Assembly: GCA_026004615.1 (NCBI GenBank)
Contig: BPJM01000001.1
Coordinates: forward strand, 763,482 to 827,481
DNA length: 64,000 nucleotides
Origin: Planctomycetota bacterium
GTDB lineage: Bacteria > Planctomycetota > J058 > J103
Reading direction: 5' to 3'
Part shown: in pieces, positions 1 through 9,535 of the stretch
Numbering within the stretch: position 1 is the first letter of the stretch
Layout of the letters: each line of letters opens with the position of its first letter
The notes under the pieces: model-generated
The model's input: only the letters and a program-made list of their open reading frames with translations
Databases searched by the model: none
Told to the model about the DNA's origin: nothing
Program-made: the position numbers and the translations under genes

Positions 1-403
1 GGCCGGCGCCGAGCCCGAGCGCGGCGAGCTGGCGAGGCGGCCCAGCCGGCGCGGAGCGGCCCAGGAGCACGAGCGCGCCCGCGCTCGGCGCCCGCCCGGG
101 CTCCAGCTCCACCACGAGCAGCCACGGGCTGCGTTCCGCTCCCGCCGGCAGCGCGAGCACCAGCTCCGCCTCACCGAGCTGCACGGTGCGCGGCCAGCCC
201 TGCCCCTGCTCGATTCCGCTCACCAGACCGGGCAACCGGCGCGCCGCCTCCAGCTCGACCGAGGCGCCGATCGCCCCCGGGGCGAGCCGGAGGCGGGCCT
301 GCGGGAGCGGGCGGAGCTCGGGCTGCGCGAGCGCGCGCGGCGCCAGCGCGCAGGCGAGCAGGCCGAGCCCCAGCAACAGCGGGCCCGCAGAGCGGGCGGC
401 CAT
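1..403 (-). CDS. hypothetical secreted protein, N-terminal part (gene continues past the left edge)
   Basis: Reverse-strand ATG at 403-401, 32 nt downstream of the rpe stop. It is absent from the ORF track because the frame stays open to position 1. My translation is MAARSAGPLLLGLGLLACALAPRALAQPELRPLPQARLRLAPGAIGASVELEAARRL..., a signal-peptide-like N-terminus. No family recognised. Confidence 0.4.
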   Translation of the reverse strand, partial: MAARSAGPLLLGLGLLACALAPRALAQPELRPLPQARLRLAPGAIGASVELEAARRLPGLVSGIEQGQGWPRTVQLGEAELVLALPAGAERSPWLLVVELEPGRAPSAGALVLLGRSAPAGPPRQLAALGLGAG

Positions 404-435
404 GGCCCGGGCGGGCAGGAGGGAGCCTCGCTCGC

Positions 436-1161
436 TCACGGCCCGGTCTGCTCCACCTCGTCCACCGAGTGCTCCAGGGCCAGCGCCTCGCTGCGGCCGC
501 GCTGTGCCCCCTCGCGCAGCGCCCGGATGGCGGCGGCGGGATCGCGATGGCCGAACACGTAGCTGCCGGCGACGAAGACGTTGGCCCCGGCCGCGGCGCA
601 TCGCACCACGGTCTCGGCATCGATCCCGCCGTCGACCTCGACGTCGGCCTGCCGGCCCCAGCGCACCGCCGCCTCTGCCACCTTGTCCAGCATCGCGGCC
701 ATGAACGGCTGCCCGCCGAAGCCGGGCTCCACCGTCATGACCAGCACCAGGTCGGCGGCGGCGAGCGCCTGCGCGCAACGATCCAGGCGCGTGGCCGGCC
801 GCAGCGCGATACCCGCCCGCACCCCGCGCGCGCGGATCGCCTCGCAGGTGCGGATCGGATCCGGAGCGGCCTCGATGTGGAACGTCAGCACATCGGCCCC
901 CGCCTCGCAGAACGCTGCCACGTAGCGGTCCGGCTCCGCGATCATGAGGTGCACATCGAGCGGCACCGAGCTGACCCGCCGCAGCGCCGCCACCACCATG
1001 GGGCCGATCGTCAGGTTGGGCACGAAGTGGCCGTCCATCACGTCGACGTGGATCCAGTCGCAGCCCGCCTCCTCCAGCCGCGCCACCTCGTCGGCCAGCC
1101 GCGCGAAGTCGGCCGACAGGATCGAGGGCGCGATGCGGATCGGGCGCCGCCGTTCGCTCAC
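436..1161 (-). CDS. rpe: ribulose-phosphate 3-epimerase
   Basis: 241-aa ORF. IAPSILSADFARL, WIHVDVMDGHFVPNLTIGP, DVHLMI, MTVEPGFGGQPF and EVDGGI match the RPE TIM-barrel signature. Confidence 0.9.
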   Translation of the reverse strand: MSERRRPIRIAPSILSADFARLADEVARLEEAGCDWIHVDVMDGHFVPNLTIGPMVVAALRRVSSVPLDVHLMIAEPDRYVAAFCEAGADVLTFHIEAAPDPIRTCEAIRARGVRAGIALRPATRLDRCAQALAAADLVLVMTVEPGFGGQPFMAAMLDKVAEAAVRWGRQADVEVDGGIDAETVVRCAAAGANVFVAGSYVFGHRDPAAAIRALREGAQRGRSEALALEHSVDEVEQTGP

Positions 1162-1204
1162 CGCGGGCTCCTCCGCGAGGGTTCGCGCGCCACCGCGCGC
1201 GCCT

Positions 1205-2425
1205 TCAGTCCTTGAGCCGCGGGGCGAGCGCGGCCACCCCCGGCAGCTCTTTGCCGCCGAGGAAGTCGAGGAAGGCCCCGCCGCCGGTCGAGACGTGGCT
1301 GAGCGAGGCGGCGACGCCGAACCGCTCCAGCGCCGCTGCCGTCTCCCCCCCGCCCGCCACCACGGTCACCCCGCCGGTGGCGAGTCCCGCCAGCGCCGCG
1401 GCCAGCGCGCGCGTGCCCGCGGCGAACGCCTCGCGCTCGAACAGCCCCAGCGGGCCATTGTAGACGACGGTCCGCGCCGCCATGAGCCGGCCGATGAAGC
1501 TCGCCACCGTCTGCGGGCCGATATCGAGCCCCATCTCGTCCTCGGCGATCCGCTCGACCACGTGCGCCCGCTCGGGCTGCTCGGGCGAAGGCGCCGCGAC
1601 GTGGTCGCGGGGCAGCAGCACCTCGGTGTCGTGCTGCTCGGCGAGTGCGAGCAGCCGCGCCGCCACCTCGAGCCGCTCGGCCTCCACGCGCGAGCGCCCG
1701 ACCGGCACCCCTTGCGCCCGCAGGAAGGTATAGGCCATGGCGCCGCCGATCAGCAGCACATCGAGCCGCGGGATCAGGTGCTCCAGCAGCCCGATCTTGT
1801 CGGAGACCTTGGCTCCCCCCACCAGGAGCATGAACGGGCGGGGAGGGCTGGAGCTGGTGCGGTCGATCTGCAACAGCGGTTCGAGCGCGAGCAGCTCGCG
1901 CGCCAGGTCCGAGCCCGCCACCCCCGGGATGCGCTGCGGGATGCCGACCACCGAGGCATGGGCGCGGTGCGAGACGGAGAATGCGTCGTTGACATAGAGC
2001 TCGCCGAGGCGCGCCAGCCCCTCGGCGTAGGCCGGATCGTTCGCCTCCTCGCCCGGGTGGAAGCGGAGGTTCTCCAGCACCACGACCTCGCCGGGCCCGG
2101 GCCGGGCGCCCATGCGGGCAGCCTTCTCGCCGTCGCTCGCCGGCAAAAAGCGCACCCGGACGTCATCGCCCAGAAGCTGCTGCAGCCGCTCGGCGACCGG
2201 GCGCAGCGACAGCTTCGGATCCGGCGTGCCACGCGGCCGCCCCAGGTGCGAGAGCACGATCGGCCGCCCCCTGCCGGCGAGCGCCCTGCGCAGCGTCGGC
2301 AGACTGGCGCGCACCCGGCGGTCGTCCGCGATGGTGCCCTCGCCGCCGAGCGGCACGTTGTAGTCCGTCCGCACCAGCACGCACTTGCCGGCGAACTCCA
2401 CCTGCTCGATCGTCTTGCGGTCCAT
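1205..2425 (-). CDS. pgk: phosphoglycerate kinase
   Basis: 406-aa ORF. VLVRTDYNVPL, LSHLGRPRG, GGAKVSDKIGLLE and STGGGAFLDFLGG are classic PGK motifs. It starts 42 nt downstream of the gap stop on the same strand. Confidence 0.95.
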   Translation of the reverse strand: MDRKTIEQVEFAGKCVLVRTDYNVPLGGEGTIADDRRVRASLPTLRRALAGRGRPIVLSHLGRPRGTPDPKLSLRPVAERLQQLLGDDVRVRFLPASDGEKAARMGARPGPGEVVVLENLRFHPGEEANDPAYAEGLARLGELYVNDAFSVSHRAHASVVGIPQRIPGVAGSDLARELLALEPLLQIDRTSSSPPRPFMLLVGGAKVSDKIGLLEHLIPRLDVLLIGGAMAYTFLRAQGVPVGRSRVEAERLEVAARLLALAEQHDTEVLLPRDHVAAPSPEQPERAHVVERIAEDEMGLDIGPQTVASFIGRLMAARTVVYNGPLGLFEREAFAAGTRALAAALAGLATGGVTVVAGGGETAAALERFGVAASLSHVSTGGGAFLDFLGGKELPGVAALAPRLKD

Positions 2426-2467
2426 GGTATGTGCGGGCTCCAGCCGGCCAGCCCCCTCGGCCGCGCC

Positions 2468-3481
2468 TCAGCCGAGCGCGGCGAGCTTCCGCATGAGGTC
2501 GGCGCAGCGGTGCGAGAAGCCCCACTCGTTGTCGTACCAGGCGCAGACCTTGACCAGGCGGGCGCCGATGCGCATCGTCAGCCCGGCGTCGAACAGCGCG
2601 CTCACCGGTTCGCGCACCACGTCGCTGGAGACCACCGGGTCCTCGGTGTAGCCGAGCACGCCGGCGAGGGGGCCCTGAGCCGCCTCCCGCATGGCGGCGT
2701 TGATCTCCTGGACACTCGCCTCCCGCTCCAGCACCGCCACCAGATCGACCACCGAGCCGACCGGCACCGGAGCACGGATGGCGATCCCGTTGAGCCGGCC
2801 GTTCAGCTCCGGGAGCACCAGTCCCACCGCCTTGGCGGCGCCGGTCGAGGTGGGCACCAGGTTGAAGGCGCCGGCACGGCCGCGCCGCGGGTCCTTGGGG
2901 TGGACGAGGTCGAGCAGCGTCTGGTCGTTGGTGACCGCATGCACGGTGGTCATGAGACCTTCGGTGATCCCGAACCGCTCGTGGAGCACCTTGGCGACCG
3001 GCGCCAGGCAGTTGGTGGTGCACGAGGCGTTGGAGACGACCCGGTGCTCCGGCCCGAGGATGCCGTCGTTGACGCCGATCACGACCGTGGCGTCGACCTC
3101 GCCCTTGGCCGGGGCCGACAAGAGCACCCGGCCGGCACCCGCCTCCAGGTGCTGCGCGCACTGTTCGCGCGTGCGGAACACCCCGGTCGACTCGAGCACG
3201 ATCTGCGCGCCGAGCTCGCCCCAGGGCAGCTTGCGCGGCTCCTTCTCCGACAAAAACGGGATGCGGCGCTCGCCGACGGTCAGGGTGCCGTCCGCCAGTT
3301 CGACGCGCTCCGGAAACCGACCGTACACCGTGTCGTAGCGCAGCAGGTTGGCGAGCCCTACCGGGTCGAACGGCACATTGTTGATCCCGACCACCTCGAA
3401 CTCCGCCCGCCGCTCCCACAGGATGCGGAACACCACCCGGCCGATGCGGCCGAAGCCGTTGATCCCGACCTTGATCGGCAT
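2468..3481 (-). CDS. gap: glyceraldehyde-3-phosphate dehydrogenase (type I)
   Basis: 337-aa ORF. It has the INGFGRIGR Rossmann start, active site SNASCTTNCLAP and WYDNEWGFS near the C-terminus. Confidence 0.95.
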   Translation of the reverse strand: MPIKVGINGFGRIGRVVFRILWERRAEFEVVGINNVPFDPVGLANLLRYDTVYGRFPERVELADGTLTVGERRIPFLSEKEPRKLPWGELGAQIVLESTGVFRTREQCAQHLEAGAGRVLLSAPAKGEVDATVVIGVNDGILGPEHRVVSNASCTTNCLAPVAKVLHERFGITEGLMTTVHAVTNDQTLLDLVHPKDPRRGRAGAFNLVPTSTGAAKAVGLVLPELNGRLNGIAIRAPVPVGSVVDLVAVLEREASVQEINAAMREAAQGPLAGVLGYTEDPVVSSDVVREPVSALFDAGLTMRIGARLVKVCAWYDNEWGFSHRCADLMRKLAALG

Positions 3482-3514
3482 GCTGCCCCCCCTGAAGCCC
3501 TGGCTTGCGGCGCC

Positions 3515-3543
3515 ATGCTAGCGGCTGCGCCAGCCGGGTGCAA
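3515..3543 (-). promoter_or_regulatory. sigma70-like promoter for gap-pgk-rpe (TTGCAC-17-TAGCAT)
   Basis: The reverse strand reads TTGCAC (3543-3538), a 17-nt spacer, then TAGCAT (3520-3515), about 35 nt upstream of the gap ATG. A G-rich SD (AGGGGGGG) precedes the ATG. Motif match only. Confidence 0.35.
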
Positions 3544-3548
3544 ACCGC

Positions 3549-6312
3549 TCAGCGGTGCACGTAGACCCGCCCCTCGTAGGCGTCGAGGGTGACCTCCTCG
3601 CCGTCGCGAAGCCACAGCGTCGCGTTGCGGGTGCCGACGACGCACGGGATGCCGTGTTCGCGCGCGAGCACCGCGCAGTGCGACAGCATGCCGCCCACAT
3701 CCAGGATCACGCCGCGGGCGAGCAAGAAGGCCGGCAACCACGCCGGCGGAGCCAGGCGCGCGAGCAGGATCTCGCCGGGACGGAGCGCCAGCGCCTCGTG
3801 CAGGGTCTCGACCCGGCGAACCCGCCCCCGGACCACGCCGCCGGAGACCCCCACCCCCTGCAGATACGCCGCGTGCGCGCCGGCATGCCGCAGCCGCGCC
3901 GGGACCGGGGCGGGAGTGCCGTCGTCCCAGATGAACTTGGGCGCCTGCTGTGCGGCGGCGCGCTCGTGTTCGGCACGCCGCGCGGCGACGGTGGCGCGCA
4001 GCTGCTCGGCGGTCCCCGGCGGTGGCGCCGGCCCCTGTCCGAGCGCGGCGAGCGCCTCCTCGAACGTCAGGAAGAACACCTCGTCGGGGGCCGCCAGCAG
4101 CCCGCGCGCCGCCAGCCGCGCCCCGATCTCGCGGACCAGCGCGCGCACCCCCCTCGTAGGCCCGCAGCGCGTGAAATCGCATGTTCTCGCGGTAGGGGGC
4201 GTAGCGCTCCGCCCAGCGCCACAGAAGCCGGAAGACCAGCCCCCCCGCACAGCCGCCAGAGGCCGCCGCGGCGTGCGAGCGCCGCGCGCACCGCGGCGGC
4301 CGCCCGCGCCCGCCGCCGACGCGCCAGAGCCCGCACCTCCGCCGGCGACCGCAGCTCGCCGCGCTCGTGCGCCTGCAGGTAGCGGCGCAGCACCTGCGCC
4401 ACATACCCGGGGTCCTCGCGCCAGCGCGGCGCTGCCAGCTCGGCCTCGGTGGCCCCGAGGTGGCCGTAGCGCTCCAGAAAGCGCCGGAACGCGGCGGCGA
4501 ACGCCGCACCGCCCTCCAGGCCGGCCAGCCGCCGGGGCAACTCGGCAGGCGGGCCCTGCAGCACCGCCTGGCGCACCGCAGGGCAGCCGCCCGGCGCGCA
4601 GCGCCAGCTCGACCAGCGCGTCGTAGGCCTCCGAGGTCTCGACCCCCGGCACTGCCGCGAGCAGCTCGTCGGCCGTGCCGTGGCCGTGCTCCACGCCGCT
4701 CTGCTGCAGAAACCAGCTCAGCAGCAGATAATGCCCGCCCGCCAGCGCGGAGCCGAGCACGTGCAGCCGCAACCCGCGCTCCAGCACGTGCGCCATCCGC
4801 CCCAGCCGCCGGAGCAGGGCCCGGTCGCCGAGCCGGGCCGCCGGGGGGAAGACGAGCGCACGCAGCCGCGCCTGGAGCCACGGCACGTAGCGGTCCATGC
4901 GGCGCTGGGCGCCCAGCCAGTGGCGCGCCACCAGGGCGGCCAGGCGCACCAGCCGCCAGCTCGGCCGCACGCGCGGGAACACCAGCGCCGCACCGCCCGC
5001 CGTCTCGCCGAAAAGCAGCGCGTCGAAGATCTGCACCGGCACGCCGGGCAGCCGCTCCAGGAAGCGGCGGAAATAGCCGGTGTTGAAGTAGACGCGGCTC
5101 TGGAACAGCCGCATGGACTCGCCGGCGATCTCGCCCACCCCGAGCGCCGCGAACAGCTCGATCCGGCCGCGTTCGATCAGCGGGCGCATGAAGCTGTAGG
5201 TCAGCGGGCTGACCGGTCCCGCCAGCGCCTCCTGGGAGTTGGCCGCCGTCCACAGATCTCCCGGCGCCGCTTGGCGGGCGGGTGGTGGCGGGCCGCCGGC
5301 GCCGGCGGTGATGGGGCGCGTCTGCAGCAGCACCGGTGCACGCCCGCGCGCCGCCCACTCCACGTCCTGCGGGCCGCCGAACAGGGCTTCCAGGCGGCGG
5401 CCGAGATCGGCGAGCGCGTGCAGCAACCCCAGCGGCGGCTCCAGCTCGGGGTCCCCGCCGAGCCGCTCGACCGCCCCGGTGCGGCGGTCGATCCCGAAGC
5501 GGGCGGGGTGCACGCTGCCGGCCGCGACCTGCTCGCCCGAGCCCTCGACCAGCTCCAGCACCATCCGATCGGCATCCTGCGTCGGATCGCGCGTGAACAG
5601 GATGCCGGCCAGCTCGGCCTCGACCTGCACCTGCACCAGCACCGCCATGCGCGGCGGCTCGCCCGCGGGACCGCCGGCCACCGCGCCGGGCCCGCGGTGG
5701 CGCCAGCGACCGGCCAGCGCCCGGGCGGAGAACGCGGAGACCAGACAGGTGCGCACCGCCTGGAGCAGTTGTTCCGGCGTGCCCACGCCGAGCACGGTGT
5801 CGTGGCAGCCGGCAAACGAGAAGCGCTCGCCGTCCTCGTGGGGCGCCGAGGAGCGCACCGCCAGGCGCGAGCCGCCCGCGGCCGCGAGCAGCGCGCGGCC
5901 CGCCGCCAGCACCGCCTGCTCCGCCGGCACCGGCAGCGGCACCGGGTCGAACAGCGCCTGGAGCTCGCGCGCGGCGCGCTCGATCGCGGCGAGAGCGGGC
6001 GTCCCGTCCCCCGCCCGCTCGGCGAGCCGCGCCAGCCGGCGCCGGACCGCCTCGCCGAGCGTTGCCCCCGCCGCCGGCCGGTGCGGGCAGCGGGCTCTGC
6101 AGCCACGCCTGCAGCACCGCGGTGGTGACGACGAAGCCGTCCGGCACCTCCAACCCGGCGCGGCGGGCATGCGCGAGCCGCGCCGCCTTGGCCCCGGCGA
6201 GCGGCAGATCCCCCAGGCCGAGCTCCGCCAGGGGTACCGTCAGCGGCACCGGCTGCCCCGGCCCGCCGGTCCGCGCCAGGTCGTGCCCGCTCGCCGCCGC
6301 ACTCGAAGGCAT
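3549..6312 (-). pseudogene. PEP-utilising dikinase with PEP-synthase / rifampicin-phosphotransferase-like architecture (PPDK_N ATP-grasp plus C-terminal swivel-His domain); frameshifted as assembled
   Basis: Rebuilt from three frames. N-terminus (ATG 6312, frame of ORF 3358..6399): MPSSAAASGHDLARTGGPGQPVPLTVPLAELGLGDLPLAGAKAARLAHARRAGLEVPDGFVVT. Core (ORF 3549..6170): RLAVRSSAPHEDGERFSFAGCHDTVLGV...MAVLVQVQVEAELAGILFTRDP. Middle (ORF 4067..4576): FRRFLERYGHLGATEAELAAPRWREDPGYVAQVLRRYLQ. A further segment, LVFRLLWRWAERYAPYRENMRFHALRAYEG, lies in the first frame. C-terminus: GGMLSHCAVLAREHGIPCVVG. Frame changes fall near 6070, 4580, 4233 (C7 run) and 4150 (C6 run). Confidence 0.75.
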
Positions 6313-6517
6313 GCCGGTGCCAGCTCCTCGCTGCCGGGAGGGCCGCTCGGGGAACGCCGCCGAGTCTATCGGCGCGCGGCGCGCAGTGTCAACGCGCACG
6401 GGCGCCGGCGCCCGCAGGGGGCCCGGCGCGGCCCGGCGGGCGGTTGTAGGCGTCGGGCGGTGCTGGTATAACGCAGGCGGCAGGGTGGGGATCGCCCCTC
6501 AGCCACGGAGGTTGTCG

Positions 6518-7186
6518 TTGGGCGAGCAGCCTCGCGGCGAACGGTGGAAGCTGTTGGTGTTGCTCGCTCTGGTGGCTGCGGCGGCGGTGCTGGTTCACCG
6601 CGCCTGGGAGCCCAGCCTGGTCCACTGGCACCTCGGCACCCTGCTCCAGGATCCCGGCGACGCCGGGGCCCGGCAGGCCCTGCTCCAGCTGGGCGAGCGG
6701 CTGTATCCGTATCTGGAGGAAGACCTGGCCAGCGCCGACCCGGACCGCCGGTTCGGGGGGCTGCTGGCCATCGGGGTGCTCGATCTGCGGGGCCCGCAGG
6801 TGGACCGCATGCTCGAGGCGGCGGTGCTCGACCCCGATCCGCTGAACGCGCTGAATGCGGCGGGGACGGTGCTCGATCGCGGCCGCGCGGCCGAGGCGGT
6901 GCGGGCCTTCGCGCGGCTGCTCGACCGGCCCGAGCGCGCGGTTCGCTTCGCGGCGCGCCGGCAGCTCGCCCGGGCCAGCGGCGTGCCCTGGTGGGCGCTG
7001 GGACAGCGGGCGGGCGGCCGCGAGGAGCACGGCGCACCCGCGCGGGCGGAGCCGGAGGCGGAGCAGCCCCCCGAGGGCGGGGGCGCGGCTGTGTCGGATC
7101 GACCGCTGTCGCCCGATGGAGGTGCCGGGGAGGCAGGACCGCCGGCGGAGGACACGGACGCAGGGCCTGGCAACACCGGCCGCTGA
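6518..7186 (+). CDS. hypothetical membrane-anchored HEAT-repeat-like protein
   Basis: TTG at 6518 with GGAGG at 6507-6511, trimmed from ORF 6062..7186. It has an N-terminal TM (WKLLVLLALVAAAAVLV), then HEAT-like repeats (DPDRRFGGLLAIGVLD, LDPDPLNALNAAGTVLD, ERAVRFAARRQLA) and an acidic/Pro tail. Confidence 0.55.
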   Translation: MGEQPRGERWKLLVLLALVAAAAVLVHRAWEPSLVHWHLGTLLQDPGDAGARQALLQLGERLYPYLEEDLASADPDRRFGGLLAIGVLDLRGPQVDRMLEAAVLDPDPLNALNAAGTVLDRGRAAEAVRAFARLLDRPERAVRFAARRQLARASGVPWWALGQRAGGREEHGAPARAEPEAEQPPEGGGAAVSDRPLSPDGGAGEAGPPAEDTDAGPGNTGR

Positions 7187-7256
7187 GACGCCGTGGCTGC
7201 CGGCGCCGGGGCGCCGGCGGCGGCGAGGCCGGCACCGAGCGAGAGGTCAGGACCGG

Positions 7257-8283
7257 ATGGACCCACGCGAGATCTCCAGGACGCTCAGCGGTCTGATCCG
7301 CGGCGAGGTGACGAGCGAGCAGGCGCAGCGCATGGCGCAGCGCCGCAGGCTTCGACAGCTTCTCGGAGCTGTGCGGCTCGAGGCTGCCCGGCCGGCGCAG
7401 CCGCCACCGCAATCACCTCGCGCCACGTGCTGGAGCGACTGGAGCGCGTACGGCGCGGGGAGACCCCGCTGGACGAGCTGTGGCGCTGGGCGGACGAGCT
7501 GTATCACATCGCGCTGGCGCGGCGGGTGCAGTACGCGCCGCGCGAGGAGCGGCTGCTGAGCACGGCGCTCGCGGTCCTCAGCATCATCTGCAACCGGGCG
7601 CTGTTCCCCCTGCAGCACAAGACGGAGCGGCATCTGGAGCTGCTGCGGCGCGCGCTCAATGCGCGGCGGGGGGCTCGGACTGGACCGCATCTTCGGCCGC
7701 GCCCTTCGAGGATCTGCCGGTGGCGCATCTCGTCGACCGCTACGCCGAGGAGCTGGTGGAACCGGAGGAGACCGCGGACGACGACGAGGAGCCGGAGGGC
7801 ATCCGGCGCTGGGAGCGGCTGTCGGAGCGGGGGCGGAGCGAGGGCGAGCCGCCGCTGGAACGGCGCTGGACGGACGTGGTCATGATCGACCGGCCCTTCC
7901 GCTTCGATCAGGACGTGCTGGCGGAGGCAAACTGGGTCATCGCCTTCAGCGTCTACACCGCGGAGCTGTGGCAGGAGGACGAGGCGGAGGCAGCCGCCGC
8001 GGGGGCGCCGCGGGCCCGGCGTCGCGACCGCGTGCCGGCGCTGCAGCGCCTGGTGCCCAACTTCGACTTTGCGCGGTATCGCCCGCGCTACTGCTACGAC
8101 GTGGACGGCATCGCCGAGATCGTGCTCGAGACGCCCCAGATCGGCCGCGCGGAGGTGGTCTACGCCACCAAGCTGTTCGCGCTCGCCAACCGGGTGCGGG
8201 AAGTGTGGCTGGACGGCGAACCGGTCAAGACGCTGCTGGTGCGCCCGGGCGCCGGCGAGCGCCGCCGCCGCCGCAGCCGCTAG
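7257..8283 (+). pseudogene. hypothetical protein, frameshifted as assembled (about 3 frame changes)
   Basis: ATG 7257 gives MDPREISRTLSGLIRGEVTSEQAQRMAQRRRL. It continues in another frame as ITSRHVLERLERVRRGETPLDELWRWADELYHIALARRVQYAPREERLLSTALAVLSIICNRALFPLQHKTERHLELLRRALNARRG. It then reads GLDRIFGRA, then PFEDLPVAHLVDRYAEELVEPEE...YCYDVDGIAEIVLETPQIGRAEVVYATKLFALANRVREVWLDGEPVKTLLV (ORF 7480..8283). Shifts fall near 7400, 7668 (G7 run) and 7705. No family recognised. Confidence 0.45.
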
Positions 8284-8307
8284 ATCGCGGCCAGGGGGAT
8301 GGCGGCC

Positions 8308-9369
8308 TCACAGCCGCCGCAGCCGCCGTACGCTCTCGATACGGCGGCGCGCCAGCACCTGTGCCGCATCGTGGGTGGTGATGGCAGGATCGCTCCTGGC
8401 GATGCGGAAGATCTCCAGCAGCTTGTCATAGATCGCGTCGCACATCCGCAACGCCCGCTCCCGGTCGTAGCCGTCGATCTCGCAGTAGACGTTGATCAGG
8501 CCGCCGGCATTGATCACGAAGTCGGGAGCGTAGAGGATGCCGCGCTCCTCCAGGGCACGGCCGTGGCGTTCCTCGGCGATCTGGTTGTTGGCGGCCCCGG
8601 CGATGATCTTGCACTGCAGGCGCTCGAGCGAATCGTCGTTGATCACTCCGCCCATGGCACAGGGCGAGAAGACGTCGCACGGCACGTCGAAGATCGACTC
8701 GGGAGGCACCAGCTCGATGCCGAGCTCACTCTGCACCTGCGCGGCGCGCTCCTGGTCGAGGTCGCAGCCGGTGACGCGCGCGCCGTTGTCGACCAGGTGC
8801 TTGGCGAGCCAGTAGCCCACCTTGCCCAGCCCCTGCACCGCGACGTGCAAGCCCTCCAGGCTGGTCCGCTCCAGCGCCGCCGCCACGCACGCCTGGATGC
8901 CGCGCCACACCCCGTAGGCGGTGACCGGCGAGGGATCGCCCGAGCCCCCATGTGCCACCGAGACGCCGACCACGTGGCGCGTCTCGGCCAGCACGTATTC
9001 CATGTCGCGCACGTCGGTGCCGACGTCCTCGGCGGTGATGTAGCGGCCGCCGAGCGTCTCCACGAACCGGCCGAAGGCGCGCATCAGCGCCTCGGATTTG
9101 TCCTTCTTCGGATCGCCGATGATCACCGCCTTGCCACCGCCGAGGTTGAGCCCGGCGACCGAGGCCTTGTAGGTCATGCCCTTGGACAGCCGCAGCACGT
9201 CGATCAAGGCATCCTCCTCGGAGGCGTACGGATACATGCGCACGCCGCCGAGGGCGGGGCCGAGCGTCGTATCGTGGATCGCGATGATCGCGCGCAACCC
9301 CGAGGACTCCTCGTTGCAGAACACCACCTGCTCGTGGTTGCGGCGCTCCATCTGCTCGAAGATCAGCAT
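8308..9369 (-). CDS. Leu/Val/Phe dehydrogenase (Glu/Leu/Phe/Val dehydrogenase family)
   Basis: 353-aa ORF. It contains LRAIIAIHDTTLGPALGGVRMYPY and MTYKASVAGLNLGGGKAVIIGDP (catalytic Lys region). It also has a Rossmann GLGKVGYWLAKHL and ends YAPDFVINAGGLINVY. Confidence 0.9.
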   Translation of the reverse strand: MLIFEQMERRNHEQVVFCNEESSGLRAIIAIHDTTLGPALGGVRMYPYASEEDALIDVLRLSKGMTYKASVAGLNLGGGKAVIIGDPKKDKSEALMRAFGRFVETLGGRYITAEDVGTDVRDMEYVLAETRHVVGVSVAHGGSGDPSPVTAYGVWRGIQACVAAALERTSLEGLHVAVQGLGKVGYWLAKHLVDNGARVTGCDLDQERAAQVQSELGIELVPPESIFDVPCDVFSPCAMGGVINDDSLERLQCKIIAGAANNQIAEERHGRALEERGILYAPDFVINAGGLINVYCEIDGYDRERALRMCDAIYDKLLEIFRIARSDPAITTHDAAQVLARRRIESVRRLRRL

Positions 9370-9449
9370 CGGCAGAACCCTTCCCAGACGAGGAGCCGGT
9401 GCCCGCGCGCCCCGCGGGCGCGCGGCAGGCGCGCCACGGGCGGAACGGC

Positions 9450-9478
9450 ATGGTAGGGAGCGGGCCGCGCGCGGTCAA
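9450..9478 (-). promoter_or_regulatory. sigma70-like promoter for the dehydrogenase gene (TTGACC-17-TACCAT)
   Basis: The reverse strand reads TTGACC (9478-9473), a 17-nt spacer, then TACCAT (9455-9450), about 80 nt upstream of ATG 9369. Motif match only. Confidence 0.3.
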
Positions 9479-9535
9479 GCGGCTGGCACGTAACGCACCG
9501 CGTCAACCGGCGCCGCGCCCGCGACCGCGGCTGCT

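Noticed and set aside
944-3592. Very long antisense or alternative-frame ORFs opposite real genes (944..3592, 10179..13604, 15090..18065 apart from its last 164 codons, 41204..44194, 45364..49827, 56832..63422, 9826..12276, 38077..39699 and others)
   Set aside because: These are Arg/Ala/Gly/Pro-rich low-complexity translations with no recognisable motifs. Each lies opposite or overlapping an ORF with clear family signatures, which is the typical stop-poor shadow frame of high-GC DNA.
3358-6399. The 1013-aa ORF 3358..6399 taken as one protein overlapping gap
   Set aside because: Only its segment from ATG 6312 to about 6070, and a short stretch near 4150-4235, read like real protein (dikinase pieces). 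The remainder is shadow-frame text, and its 3' part overlaps the well-supported gap gene.
9483-9500. Possible sigma54 promoter (TGGCACGtaacGCAc) upstream of mutY
   Set aside because: The GG and GC elements are not spaced as the -24/-12 consensus requires (GG-N10-GC), and the TTGC element is absent.
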